DNA of 64,000 bases from Candidatus Levyibacteriota bacterium (GCA_016182185.1 JACOXU010000001.1:115190-179189); one strand, 5' to 3'. Shown: positions 53,543 to 62,906, counted from the stretch's first letter. Notes: a model not told the origin generated them from the sequence alone. A program made the numbers and translations.

Positions 53543-53941
53543 CTAAAAAGACAACACCGGTTTTTCAAACCTGAAGTCTAATTTTTTTAATCTTTTCCCC
53601 TCTATTGTAAGCCGTTTTAATATAAGTTGTAAAGAGCTGATTTGAATTTCAATATCCTTTGAAGATGAAATAATTACTTGTCCTCCATCTGAAAGATTAA
53701 CTAAATATGATGAATCTGAAGCAGTTTCTACAGAAGCGAAGGGAATTTGTTTTTTGGAAAGAGTTTCGGAAATTACTTGAGTCTTAGCAACACTTTTCTT
53801 ACCAAGAGGACTTATGACAACGGGCTTTTTAATAAAAGAAAGATAAAGTATGTAAAAAAAGGAAGTAATACTTATGAAAATTAAAACTGCAAATAATATT
53901 TTAAACAGTAAATATTTACCTTTATTTTTTCTTTTTTTCAT
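53543..53941 (-). CDS. ftsQ: short FtsQ/DivIB-like protein
   Basis: Basic N-terminus plus one TM helix, a small beta-rich periplasmic part ending LDFRFEKPVL (FtsQ-like C-terminus). Lies between murG and ftsA. Confidence 0.4.
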   Translation of the reverse strand: MKKRKNKGKYLLFKILFAVLIFISITSFFYILYLSFIKKPVVISPLGKKSVAKTQVISETLSKKQIPFASVETASDSSYLVNLSDGGQVIISSSKDIEIQISSLQLILKRLTIEGKRLKKLDFRFEKPVLSF

Positions 53942-55022
53942 CCCGTAAGACTTTTATTATCTCAGAAGCAGCATTTTTTTTAACAACTTTTTTGTATTCT
54001 GAATCTTTTATCTTATAATTATTTATATTCTCTTTAATTTCCCCAAGAACATGAAGGAGTCTTCGAGGGCTCGCCTCTTCTTGATTCAAAACTTCACCCA
54101 GCCCTAATTTTTTCAAAAATAATGCATTTTTATTCTGCTCATCCTTTTGAGAAAATGGTATCGGAATAAGAATTGCAGGCTTTTTAAGATATATAAGCTC
54201 CGTAACTGTATTTATGCCTGCTCTTGAGACAATAATCTGAGCTTCTTGATAGATTTTTATTAATTCATGATCGTCTGCAATGAATTTTTTAATTTCATAA
54301 TTCATTTGTAGATTTTTATCCAGCTTTTCCTTTAATGCGCTCAATCTCTCAAAATCATTAAATTCTTTTGCATCCCCTGCCTGATGGATAATTCTGAAGT
54401 TTTTCAAAAGCATGCTAATACAGTCTTCAATTAGAGTATTTATAAAATGAGAGCCTGAGCTTCCTCCGGTTATATAAACAAGCGGTAATTCGTTCTTTAC
54501 CAATGGGGAATTTGAAAATATTTTTCTCACAGGATTCCCGGTGAGTATTGTTTTCTCTTTTGGAAAAAACTTGCGCGATGCTTCCCAGGAAATGCAGATT
54601 TTTTTTGCAATAAAAGAACAGATTTTATTGGCAAGGCCTGCTTCAAGTGTCTGTTCATGAATAACAACCGGAATATTTAGGAAAGAAGAAGCAAAAACAA
54701 TGGGAATTTGTAAATATCCGCCGAAGCCTAGAATAATATCTGGTTTAAATTTATGAAGAACCATAAATGCACTAATAAAACCCGGAACTAGTTTAAAAAG
54801 CGAAGGAATTGTGTGTTTTGTAAATTTTCTTTGAAATCTTCCCGTTGAGAGCAAAGCAAACGGAATATTTAATTCTTTCATCATTTTATACTCCAAAGAT
54901 TCAGCAGGATCTGCTTCGAATGTCTTTTTTCTGCCTATAAATAAAATTTCGTTTTTTCCTTTAAGCTCTTCAACTACGGATAGAGCGGGTGATAAATGTC
55001 CGCCGATTATGATTATTCTCAT
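53922..55022 (-). CDS. murG: UDP-GlcNAc:undecaprenyl-PP-MurNAc-pentapeptide GlcNAc transferase
   Basis: MRIIIIGGHLSPALSV N-terminal G-loop and GGSSGS C-domain motif. Confidence 0.85.
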   Translation of the reverse strand: MRIIIIGGHLSPALSVVEELKGKNEILFIGRKKTFEADPAESLEYKMMKELNIPFALLSTGRFQRKFTKHTIPSLFKLVPGFISAFMVLHKFKPDIILGFGGYLQIPIVFASSFLNIPVVIHEQTLEAGLANKICSFIAKKICISWEASRKFFPKEKTILTGNPVRKIFSNSPLVKNELPLVYITGGSSGSHFINTLIEDCISMLLKNFRIIHQAGDAKEFNDFERLSALKEKLDKNLQMNYEIKKFIADDHELIKIYQEAQIIVSRAGINTVTELIYLKKPAILIPIPFSQKDEQNKNALFLKKLGLGEVLNQEEASPRRLLHVLGEIKENINNYKIKDSEYKKVVKKNAASEIIKVLRDEKKKK

Positions 55023-56092
55023 TTTTTAAGACCTTGTTTTGAGATATTAAGAAGTATCCCTACTGCGCAAAGATCTACAATAAGAGCTGATCCTCCATAA
55101 GAGATGAAGGGAAGCGGAATTCCCGTAAGAGGAAGAAGTGCAGTTTGAGCCCCGAGATTAATAATTGTCTGTATGCTCAAAAATGTAGTGATTCCTCCTG
55201 CCAGAAGCTTACCGAAATTATCACGGGCAGCCGTTGCAATAACAAACCCCCTCCAAATAATAACGGCAAAAACCATAATAACTACGACCGCCCCGACAAA
55301 ACCTAACTCCTCTGCGATGATGGCAAAGATCGAATCGGTAGTTATTTCAGGCAAGTAGGAATATTTTTGCAAAGAATTTCCTAGTCCTACTCCAAAAATT
55401 CCCCCTGATCCAAAAGCAATAAGTAACTGCCGGACGTGATATGATGTATCTTCAAGTGATTGATTAATATTGAAGAAAGCCTCAAGTCTTTTATATCTAT
55501 AAGGCGCGAGCTTGATCATGATAAAACCCACAATCGCAATTATAGGAGCAAGTCCTACGAAATAAATAATGTTCCCTCCCGAAAGAAAATAGACGACGAG
55601 TGCTTCAGCCAAAATGACAATTGCCGTTCCCATATCAGGCTCTGCTATAACCAGTCCGATAACTAATCCCAGAAGTAAAAGAAAGGCAAGAAATCTTCCC
55701 TTTTCTTTGGCTGATAACCATGAAGCAAGATAAATGGCAAGAGCAAGTTTGACAAATTCAGCCGGCTGAATAAGAAATATCTTAGCATCAATCCATCTTC
55801 GCGCGCCTAACAAATGCACGCCGATCCCGGGAACAAATACCAATATCAAAAGTAATATTGCAAAAAGAAGAATCGGCAAGGATAGATTGTAAAGTTTCTG
55901 ATAATTGAAAAAAGAAAATGCGCCCATCAGAAAGAACCCGACAATAATCCAAAAGAACTGACTCTTTAAATAATGATACTTATCCGCAAAATCCCTAAAA
56001 GCCACAAAAGACGAAGCATCGTAAATCATAAATAGCCCAAAGAAAGTTAAAAGAACTACGCAGATAAGAAGAATAAGGTCTATTCTTTTCAT
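55019..56092 (-). CDS. ftsW: SEDS-family cell division protein FtsW
   Basis: SEDS motifs (PDMGTAIV…, LPLTGIPLPFISYGGS). dcw position between mraY and murG. Confidence 0.85.
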   Translation of the reverse strand: MKRIDLILLICVVLLTFFGLFMIYDASSFVAFRDFADKYHYLKSQFFWIIVGFFLMGAFSFFNYQKLYNLSLPILLFAILLLILVFVPGIGVHLLGARRWIDAKIFLIQPAEFVKLALAIYLASWLSAKEKGRFLAFLLLLGLVIGLVIAEPDMGTAIVILAEALVVYFLSGGNIIYFVGLAPIIAIVGFIMIKLAPYRYKRLEAFFNINQSLEDTSYHVRQLLIAFGSGGIFGVGLGNSLQKYSYLPEITTDSIFAIIAEELGFVGAVVVIMVFAVIIWRGFVIATAARDNFGKLLAGGITTFLSIQTIINLGAQTALLPLTGIPLPFISYGGSALIVDLCAVGILLNISKQGLKK

Positions 56093-57102
56093 CTAATATA
56101 GGCAATGTAAAGTCCAAGAATTGCAAAGAAGAAGCCAAGAAGCCATGCTCTCATGACAATCTTCGGCTCATCCCAGCCCAACTTCTGAAGATATAAATGA
56201 AGCGGCGCGCAGGGAATTATTTTTCTCCCCAAAATTCTTTTACTTAAAATTTGAATAAGTGATGAGCCCACCTCAAGAACAAAAACTCCACCGATAAATG
56301 CAAGTGCAATTATTTTGCCGGTCAAAAGTCCGACCACCGCCAGAATTGCGCCAAGCGACAATGAACCAACGTCTCCCAGCCAAATTCTTGCCTTATAGAT
56401 ATTAAAGTAGAGAAAGGCAGAAACACTTCCCATAAGAATTGCAATAAATATTTTAAGAGTTTCGTCTAATTGTTCGGCTGAAATAGCCAGAAAGGCTCCT
56501 AGGCAAATTAGAAGAAGTCCGGGCGCCAAACCGTCAAGTCCGTCGGCAATATTAAAGGCATTGGTAAATGAGACGATAACAAAAGCAGCAAGCGGAATAA
56601 AAAGAAAACCGATATTGGCCAGTCCAAAACCTCTTATAAAAATAAAGTCATACCCCAGTTGAGTATAAAGGATCGAAGCAATAATCAAAGCCAGAATCCA
56701 CTGAATTAAAAATTTATATCTGAATCTCAAACCGAAAAATGCGGATTTCTTGCCATTGTCTATAAGTTTCTTAAAATCATCATAAAGTCCCAAAAATCCG
56801 AAACTTATGAAAGTAAATAATATCGCGAAAAGTTCCCAAGGCTTGATCTCAATATTTAGCATTCCATAAGCCCAGAGCGCAAGAATTGAAACAACAACGA
56901 TAATAAGAATTCCTCCGCCAAACGGCGTACCCTCTTTCCAGCCATGAAATCTGTCGAAAGTTTTTGTGGGTCTGTCAAACATATCAACAGTTTTTTGCTT
57001 CTGACGCCTGACTTTCATCTTATAAAGAAAGTCTATGAAGGGAATAAGAAGAACGAAGGTAATAAACAAAGAAAGGAGCATAAGCCCCAGTATTTGCGCC
57101 AT
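56089..57102 (-). CDS. mraY: phospho-N-acetylmuramoyl-pentapeptide transferase
   Basis: NAFNIADGLDGLAPG and DVGSLSLG motifs. Confidence 0.9.
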   Translation of the reverse strand: MAQILGLMLLSLFITFVLLIPFIDFLYKMKVRRQKQKTVDMFDRPTKTFDRFHGWKEGTPFGGGILIIVVVSILALWAYGMLNIEIKPWELFAILFTFISFGFLGLYDDFKKLIDNGKKSAFFGLRFRYKFLIQWILALIIASILYTQLGYDFIFIRGFGLANIGFLFIPLAAFVIVSFTNAFNIADGLDGLAPGLLLICLGAFLAISAEQLDETLKIFIAILMGSVSAFLYFNIYKARIWLGDVGSLSLGAILAVVGLLTGKIIALAFIGGVFVLEVGSSLIQILSKRILGRKIIPCAPLHLYLQKLGWDEPKIVMRAWLLGFFFAILGLYIAYIR

Positions 57103-57224
57103 AAATCACATTATACTCTCATGGGATTTCTAATTCAAATTACTTGACTTATATTTCTAATAAACCAGGCTACAATTCCAAATCACGATATCTTTAATTA
57201 TTAGTTTTATCCACTTTACATCAG

Positions 57225-57255
57225 TTGACAGAAAACCATTTGCATTGTTTATAAT
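57225..57255 (+). promoter_or_regulatory. candidate promoter of the tasA-like operon: TTGACA, 19 nt, TATAAT, followed by a leader of about 190 nt
   Basis: Perfect -35 (57225-57230) and -10 (57250-57255) hexamers with a suboptimal 19-nt spacer. The leader holds a hairpin CTCTTTG…CAAAGAG (57295-57321). RBS GGGGGTG lies 8 nt before the ATG. Confidence 0.3.
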
Positions 57256-57443
57256 AGTTTTGCTTTTGTCGGCAATCTACGTGAGACAAAAGGACTCTTT
57301 GTGAACTGCCCACTCAAAGAGCTTAATTTTTCAAATTATTATGAAATGCCTGCCCGGAAATTATTATTTTATTTTTGAAATCAACTCAAAACCAGCTTGT
57401 TAAAACAGGATGGTTTTTATTTTGTGACGAAAGGGGGTGAAAA

Positions 57444-58025
57444 ATGATAAATAAAAAAATTGCCTTAAGTTTACTTTCAATAGTTTCTGCGTTGGCGATT
57501 GTCGGCGGCGCCACCTTCGCATACTTCAGCGATACAGCCAATAGCACTAATAACACATTTACTGCTGGAACACTGGATGTAGAAATTACTGATCAAAATG
57601 CTGACACACCGTTTCAATCCGAGACAATTATCAGTAATTGGGCGCCGAGCAATCAGACTTTTGTCAATTTTGACGTAAAAAATTTCGGATCACTCCCGGT
57701 TAATTTAAGAGGTTTTGCAACAGGGACATGGGGTGATTCCGGTTTGGATTCTCAAAACATGGTCAAAGTTGTTCAGGTAGAAAGATGGGACGGTTCAAAC
57801 TGGGTCAATATACAGTCTAACCCATCCGGGATTACCGGTTACTTTTATTGGTCCCCTGACGGAACAAACAGCGCTTTGTATACACTTAATGCGGGAGACA
57901 GGGCTCAATTAAGATTAACAGTGGAGTTTGACGCGGGGGCTGGTAATGATTTTCAAGGCCAGACATTTACAGCATCTCTGCAAGCCGAAGCAAAACAGAC
58001 TAATGATACGGTTTCTTGGCCGTAA
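57444..58025 (+). CDS. TasA/camelysin (peptidase M73)-like secreted protein with a SipW-cognate-type signal peptide
   Basis: N-terminus …ALAIVGGATFAYFSDTANSTNNTFTAGTLDVEI is the characteristic TasA/CalY-type leader/cleavage region. Lies immediately upstream of sipW. Confidence 0.7.
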   Translation: MINKKIALSLLSIVSALAIVGGATFAYFSDTANSTNNTFTAGTLDVEITDQNADTPFQSETIISNWAPSNQTFVNFDVKNFGSLPVNLRGFATGTWGDSGLDSQNMVKVVQVERWDGSNWVNIQSNPSGITGYFYWSPDGTNSALYTLNAGDRAQLRLTVEFDAGAGNDFQGQTFTASLQAEAKQTNDTVSWP

Positions 58026-58091
58026 ACTAAGTCAAAATAGTTCTCGAACTGGTAGTGGGAGCTATTATCTCACTACCAGTTCGGACGAAAA

Positions 58092-58655
58092 TTGTTTAAT
58101 AAATTTTTTACAACTATGAAAATAGTTAAAAAAACGGTAAACGTTATACTTACTCTTGGAGTTTTTGCGCTTATACCTGCTATTGTCTTTACGCTTGTAA
58201 CCTCAAAGACAAATGCAATTTTGGGCATTCAATCGTTTGTAGTTCTTTCAGGCAGTATGGAACCCACAATTCCTGTCGGAAGCATTATTTATACTCAAAA
58301 ACAATTATGGTATCCGCAAGGTTCATCCATATCGTTTAAAAATGGCAATAGAACTATTACCCATCGCGTAACTAAAGTAACGAATCGCGCAAACACTTTG
58401 TATTATCAAACAAAGGGTGATGCCAATAATACTGTTGATGAAAAAGAGGTAATTGCAAAAGACATTTTTGGCAAACAAGTTTTTTTCTTGCCATATGCAG
58501 GGTATTTGATCAATTTTCTTAAAACTCCCCTGGGGTTTTTCCCGATAATAATTTTCCCCACAGTAATATTTATAGTTTTGGAACTTTGGAATTTGAAAAA
58601 GGAAATAGAGAAACAAATCGAAAAGAAAATATTAAATAGAATGAATACAACATGA
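58092..58655 (+). CDS. sipW: signal peptidase I, SipW type (S26B, archaeal/ER-like)
   Basis: VVLSGSMEPTIPVGS (Ser), ITHRV (His), KGDAN (Asp) and a C-terminal TM helix. Flanked by two proteins with SipW-cognate leaders. Confidence 0.8.
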   Translation: MFNKFFTTMKIVKKTVNVILTLGVFALIPAIVFTLVTSKTNAILGIQSFVVLSGSMEPTIPVGSIIYTQKQLWYPQGSSISFKNGNRTITHRVTKVTNRANTLYYQTKGDANNTVDEKEVIAKDIFGKQVFFLPYAGYLINFLKTPLGFFPIIIFPTVIFIVLELWNLKKEIEKQIEKKILNRMNTT

Positions 58656-59353
58656 AAAAAATTATATTTTTGGGATTACTAACTCTTATGGGAATTGGTT
58701 TTCTTTCCTATAAAACTACTATGTCACTATTTAGCAATACGGGACAATCTACCAACAACACATTCACCGCCTCGGAACTCTTCCCTACTGCAACTCCTTC
58801 CGCCTCCCCCACTCCAGTACCAGTTAATCCTGGAGATATTGTTATTAACGAAATTAACTGGGTTGGTAGTGATTTGACAGGACAAACTGGACAAGATGAT
58901 GAATGGCTTGAATTAAGAAATACCACTTCGAATTCAATTAATCTTGCAGGATGGAAAATTACAGGAGCTGTAATTGGAGATGGAGATTTAAATATCTCTT
59001 CAGGAATTATTCCAGCAAATGGGTTTTTCCTAATCTCAAATTTTAATGAAACAACATCTAGAATTAATATTGCACCAGATCTAGTCACAACGGCTATCCA
59101 GCTAGATAATGCGAATGCTCAATATATATTGAAGGATAGTGGAAACAATATAATTGATACTGCTGATGATGACTCTGGTGTAGCTCTCGCCGGAACAAAT
59201 GGACCGCCAAAAAGATCGATGGAAAGAAAAACTCCTGCAGGCGATGGAACACAAGGTGCTAATTGGCAAAACTCAAACGCACATACAAATATGGATGGGA
59301 GTGGTTCAACTGATGAGTTTGGAACTCCTAAAGATGTAAATAGTTCACCGTAA
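58652..59353 (+). CDS. secreted lamin-tail-domain (LTD)-like protein with a SipW-cognate-type signal peptide
   Basis: Leader …TTMSLFSNTGQSTNNTFTASELFP, then a Pro/Ser/Thr linker. IVINEINWVGSD…DEWLELRNTTSNSINLAGWKI matches the LTD consensus (INE…E[FW][IL]EL.N…L.GW). Confidence 0.6.
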   Translation: MKKIIFLGLLTLMGIGFLSYKTTMSLFSNTGQSTNNTFTASELFPTATPSASPTPVPVNPGDIVINEINWVGSDLTGQTGQDDEWLELRNTTSNSINLAGWKITGAVIGDGDLNISSGIIPANGFFLISNFNETTSRINIAPDLVTTAIQLDNANAQYILKDSGNNIIDTADDDSGVALAGTNGPPKRSMERKTPAGDGTQGANWQNSNAHTNMDGSGSTDEFGTPKDVNSSP

Positions 59354-59354
59354 T

Positions 59355-60392
59355 ATGAAAAAGAGGATTTTAACTTTATTATCTTTACTTTTAATAGCGG
59401 GTTTACTAATTCAAAATAACGGATTTGGTTTATTTGATAAAAAAACTGCTTATGCGGTTGGAGACCTCACGGTTGACTGGGGAATGGGGACAGGAAATGT
59501 CGGTCCGATATTTAGCATTCCAAATTTCGCACCTGGCGGAACCGAATCAAGGGATGTAGATGTTTCAAATGGCGCGACAAGTTTACGTTCTGTTGGTATT
59601 CGGGGAATTGAGACATCTCAGATTGGAACAATTTCAAGTGTTTTAGATATTGTGATTTCAGAAGTAGGAACCGATCTTTACGGAGGGACGAGTCCGGGAG
59701 GCCCTAAGACTTTGGCTCAATTTCTTACTGAATCAGCAGGACCAAACGGCATTCCTCTTTCTAATTTAGCACCGGGGAATTCAACAACTTACACATTTAA
59801 AGTAACTTTTAACCAGGATGCGGGAAATGAGTTTCAAAACACTCAAGTTGTTTTTGATCTTAAAATCGGTATCTCTATCGATCTTCCCTCATCCTGTGAT
59901 CAAATAAATCTCTTGCCAACTCCAATTATCGGAACATCCAAAGCGGAAACGCTGACCGGAACACCCGGTAATGATTTAATAATGGGGCTTGAAGGCGCAG
60001 ATAGAATTAATGGCAACGGTGGCGATGACTGTATTCTGGGTGGAAATGGTGCCGACAGCATAAATGGCAATAACGGTAATGATGTAATTTTCGGCGAAGA
60101 TGGAGCAGATTCTATAAATGGGAATAATGGCAATGATTTGCTGGTGGGCGGAAATGGAGCTGACACTCTTCGCGGCGAGAATGGCGAAGATCATTTAATA
60201 GGAAATGAAAGCGCGGATACTCTTGATGGCGGGAATAACAATGATCTTCTCGAAGGCGGTAACGCAGCAGATAGTATGCGAGGCGGAAACGGAGACGACA
60301 CGCTAATAGGTGGCACGGGGATTGATTCTGCAAATGGAAACGCTGGAACTGACACTTGCATTGCAGAATATGAAATAAGCTGTGAATTATAG
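59355..60392 (+). CDS. secreted TasA-like N-domain fused to at least 11 RTX-type nonapeptide Ca2+-binding repeats
   Basis: Signal peptide. The N-domain (GDLTVDWGMG…FSIPNFAPGGTESRDVDVSNG) parallels the 57444 protein (GTLDVEITDQ…NFDVKNFGSL). Aa 205-330 or so carry GGNGADSIN/GNNGNDVIF/GEDGADSIN… repeats (GGxGxDxUx). Confidence 0.6.
   Translation: MKKRILTLLSLLLIAGLLIQNNGFGLFDKKTAYAVGDLTVDWGMGTGNVGPIFSIPNFAPGGTESRDVDVSNGATSLRSVGIRGIETSQIGTISSVLDIVISEVGTDLYGGTSPGGPKTLAQFLTESAGPNGIPLSNLAPGNSTTYTFKVTFNQDAGNEFQNTQVVFDLKIGISIDLPSSCDQINLLPTPIIGTSKAETLTGTPGNDLIMGLEGADRINGNGGDDCILGGNGADSINGNNGNDVIFGEDGADSINGNNGNDLLVGGNGADTLRGENGEDHLIGNESADTLDGGNNNDLLEGGNAADSMRGGNGDDTLIGGTGIDSANGNAGTDTCIAEYEISCEL
59967..60345 (+). 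repeat. 27-nt periodic coding repeat (RTX beta-roll nonapeptides)
   Basis: Tandem GGxGxDxxx units visible in the translation. They also create spurious antisense ORFs. Confidence 0.7.
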
Positions 60393-60435
60393 ACGCGAAG
60401 CCCTCCTTCGCTAAAGCTATGGAGGGTGAGAGGAG

Positions 60436-61053
60436 GTGAATGAAATGAATATAAAAACAAAAATTGCAGGAGCGATAGCAACCGGAACAATTCTGGCAAC
60501 AGTGTTGACATCCGGAGCATTTGCTGCAACCAACACTGTAAATGTAAAAAATAATGGTGTTGGATCAACGAATACGGTTGTAGCGGTTAACAAACAAAAA
60601 ACAAAGGTTAGACAGACCAATTTAACAGGTGTTCTTAATCTAACCGGAGTACACCAGGATACCGGTGGAAATAGTGCCAATGGCAATACTGGAGGAGGTA
60701 CCAAAGATGTTGACTCAGGAAATGCAACATCGACCGTTACCAATACGACAACAACCGGCGGAAATACTGCAACAGTTGATCCATGTGAATGCGACGGGAC
60801 AAATGATATAACAATTCAAGGGAACGGAGTAGGATCACATAACACAGTTATTGCAGTGAACAAGAGCAAAACTAAAGTCTCACAGTTCAATGGAACATTG
60901 GTTGTAAATGGCACATATGTTTCCCAAAACACAGGCGGGAATACTGCCAATGGCAATACCGGATCAGGAAATGTCACGGTTGATTCAGGTAATGCTAACT
61001 CTACTGTTACCAATACCACAACAACCGGTGGAAATACCTTAAATCTTCCGTAA
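60436..61053 (+). CDS. secreted Asn/Thr/Gly-rich protein made of two tandem repeats of about 90 aa
   Basis: Signal peptide. Two copies of NTV.V.N.GVGS.NTV.AVNK.KTKV…NTGGN.ANGNTG.G…VDSGNA.STVTNTTTTGGNT, with a CEC motif at the junction. Confidence 0.5.
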   Translation: MNEMNIKTKIAGAIATGTILATVLTSGAFAATNTVNVKNNGVGSTNTVVAVNKQKTKVRQTNLTGVLNLTGVHQDTGGNSANGNTGGGTKDVDSGNATSTVTNTTTTGGNTATVDPCECDGTNDITIQGNGVGSHNTVIAVNKSKTKVSQFNGTLVVNGTYVSQNTGGNTANGNTGSGNVTVDSGNANSTVTNTTTTGGNTLNLP

Positions 61054-61088
61054 TAAGATTTAAGATTAATTGATTGTTGTAAATTAGA

Positions 61089-61120
61089 GCCCCTTGCCAA
61101 AAGCGAGGGGTTCTTTTTTT
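61089..61120 (+). terminator. rho-independent terminator
   Basis: GC-rich hairpin GCCCCTTGCC-AAAA-GCGAGGGG (one mismatch) followed by TTCTTTTTTT, directly after the 60436 gene. Confidence 0.55.
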
Positions 61121-61176
61121 GAATATTAAATCGGTTCTGCGAAGACGATCCATTCAGCAAGCTCAGGATGGTTTTT

Positions 61177-61692
61177 TTATTTGATAGGAATTGCAAATAC
61201 CAGAAGTCTTTGTAAGGATGTGCCGATAGGCACACATGTCTGAAGTATTAATTGTTTTTTTTGAGCATTAAGAAGGAAGCTTACTTCGTTAGGCCAAACT
61301 GTCTTTTTATCAGTAACCTTATACTTATATTCTTTTCCATCTTTAAAAATCGTAATCGCGTCCCCTCTTTGAAGCTCAGGAAGTCTAAAAAAAGCGACAT
61401 TGTATCTTGTGATTCTCCAAGGAAGATCCGAGGAGTGGGCAAAAAGAAACATGGTTCCATCTCTATCGGGAAGATATGTTCCTTTGGCTTGAGCTATCCC
61501 CTTTTGAAGAGACGCTCTGTACTCATCTTCATTAAACGGATCAACGTTTTTAATAATTGGAGTTTTGATATTTATTTTAGGTATTTCAATATAAAAGGAT
61601 TTATCAGAAAATTCAGAAATTTTAGGAGGAAACAAATAAAGATTTACAAGAGGATAGTAGATAAAAATGAGCAAAAAAAGCGAAAACGCCAT
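61177..61692 (-). CDS. sortase-family transpeptidase
   Basis: N-terminal TM anchor, LFAHSS (His), LILQTCVPIG (TLxTC Cys, about 61234-61236) and a downstream Arg. The ORF-track start at 61782 would overlap the upstream gene, so the internal Met at 61692 is likelier. Confidence 0.65.
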   Translation of the reverse strand: MAFSLFLLIFIYYPLVNLYLFPPKISEFSDKSFYIEIPKINIKTPIIKNVDPFNEDEYRASLQKGIAQAKGTYLPDRDGTMFLFAHSSDLPWRITRYNVAFFRLPELQRGDAITIFKDGKEYKYKVTDKKTVWPNEVSFLLNAQKKQLILQTCVPIGTSLQRLLVFAIPIK

Positions 61693-61717
61693 TAAGGCGT
61701 TTCCTATAAACTTTCGT

Positions 61718-62857
61718 TTAAGCAAAAGCATAAGAAGGTGGAGAGGGATCTGAACCAAAGCGCAAATACCATCCCGCAGCAAACATTATAATCGCAAGAA
61801 GCGTCATAAGCAACATAAGGTATCCACCGGTTGCAGGAAGCACAGCTCCAATTGCTGCTCCCAATACCTGACCTGCTCCCCCGACCGAGCTGCCATTTCC
61901 GCCGCCACCGCCGCCACCGCTTGATGAAGGGGTCGTGCCCGGATTTCCGCCGACTGGCGGAGTCTCTCCATCTCCTCCGGGAGGTGTTGGAGAACAATTA
62001 CAATCCACGCTAACAAGTGAACTGTTAATATTTTCATTGCCGATATTAACTACGCTTACGATATCTCCGGTTGCTATTAAAACACTGCCGTTATTCTTGT
62101 TTGCAATATTTTCTCCTGTATTTGCATCGACAATAACATTATTAATGATTTCTGCTATATTTCTAGTTTCATAATTAAAAATGCTGTTAAACAACAGGCT
62201 TATCTGGTTTATAGAATAATCGCCGTTACCAGATACGGAAACTGATACCCCACTGCTTCCTACCAAGTGGGAATCAAAATTTTGGTTTATGTTTTTATTG
62301 AGAATATCTATAAGAGTCGCAATATTACCTGTTTTTATAGTTATATCACCATTATTAAAGTTCGTATCATTTCTGCCTGTATTGGCGGAAACATTGACAT
62401 TATTTGTTATATTTGCGCTGTTTTGCTGGTTAACATTTGCGATGTTTGAAATATTCAAATTAATACTGTTTGCTGAATTTACTCCATTACCGTCGATCTT
62501 GACATTTACCCCAGAGCCACAGCCGCATCCGTCAACTACCGCTGTATTTTGATTTATATTTTGATTGTTAATATTGGTAGTACTATCTATTGATCCTGTT
62601 TGGATATTCGCATCGCCGGTATTTGAAGATGCATTGTTATTGCCTGTATCCGCGTTTGCATCGACATTATTGGTAATTTGCGCCTCATTTGACTGCTCAA
62701 CAGTAGTCGTTGTTGATACATTAGCTTCAACAGTATTATTTGAAGAACTGCCGTTCCCCGAAATCGATAGCACAATTTCCTCTGCTCTTGCTACTGTTGA
62801 AAAAACAAAAGCAAGAATTAAGAAAAATATACTTGATGTAAATATCCTTTTAATCAT
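61718..62857 (-). CDS. LPXTG-anchored Asn/Thr/Gly-rich repeat surface protein (sortase substrate)
   Basis: Signal peptide, N/T/G-rich repeats with GCGCG and DCNC motifs, a Pro/Gly-rich stalk, then LPATG (nt 61826-61840), a hydrophobic helix and an R-containing tail. Confidence 0.65.
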   Translation of the reverse strand: MIKRIFTSSIFFLILAFVFSTVARAEEIVLSISGNGSSSNNTVEANVSTTTTVEQSNEAQITNNVDANADTGNNNASSNTGDANIQTGSIDSTTNINNQNINQNTAVVDGCGCGSGVNVKIDGNGVNSANSINLNISNIANVNQQNSANITNNVNVSANTGRNDTNFNNGDITIKTGNIATLIDILNKNINQNFDSHLVGSSGVSVSVSGNGDYSINQISLLFNSIFNYETRNIAEIINNVIVDANTGENIANKNNGSVLIATGDIVSVVNIGNENINSSLVSVDCNCSPTPPGGDGETPPVGGNPGTTPSSSGGGGGGGNGSSVGGAGQVLGAAIGAVLPATGGYLMLLMTLLAIIMFAAGWYLRFGSDPSPPSYAFA

Positions 62858-62906
62858 ATTATTGAAAACAAAATTTTCTTTGATAAATTCGGAGAAAGAA
62901 AGATAT

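Noticed and set aside
59900-60743. Minus-strand ORFs 59900-60166, 59976-60194, 60112-60333, 60191-60568 and 60417-60743
   Set aside because: These are artefacts of the periodic RTX-repeat and repeat-protein coding sequence on the plus strand. Their translations are low-complexity with no motifs, and they overlap strong plus-strand genes.
61704-62037. ORFs 61704-61997, 61804-62037, 61831-62013 and 61935-62174 inside or antisense to the LPXTG protein gene
   Set aside because: These are alternate-frame products of the Gly/Pro-rich stalk region. The LPATG-bearing frame is the coherent one.
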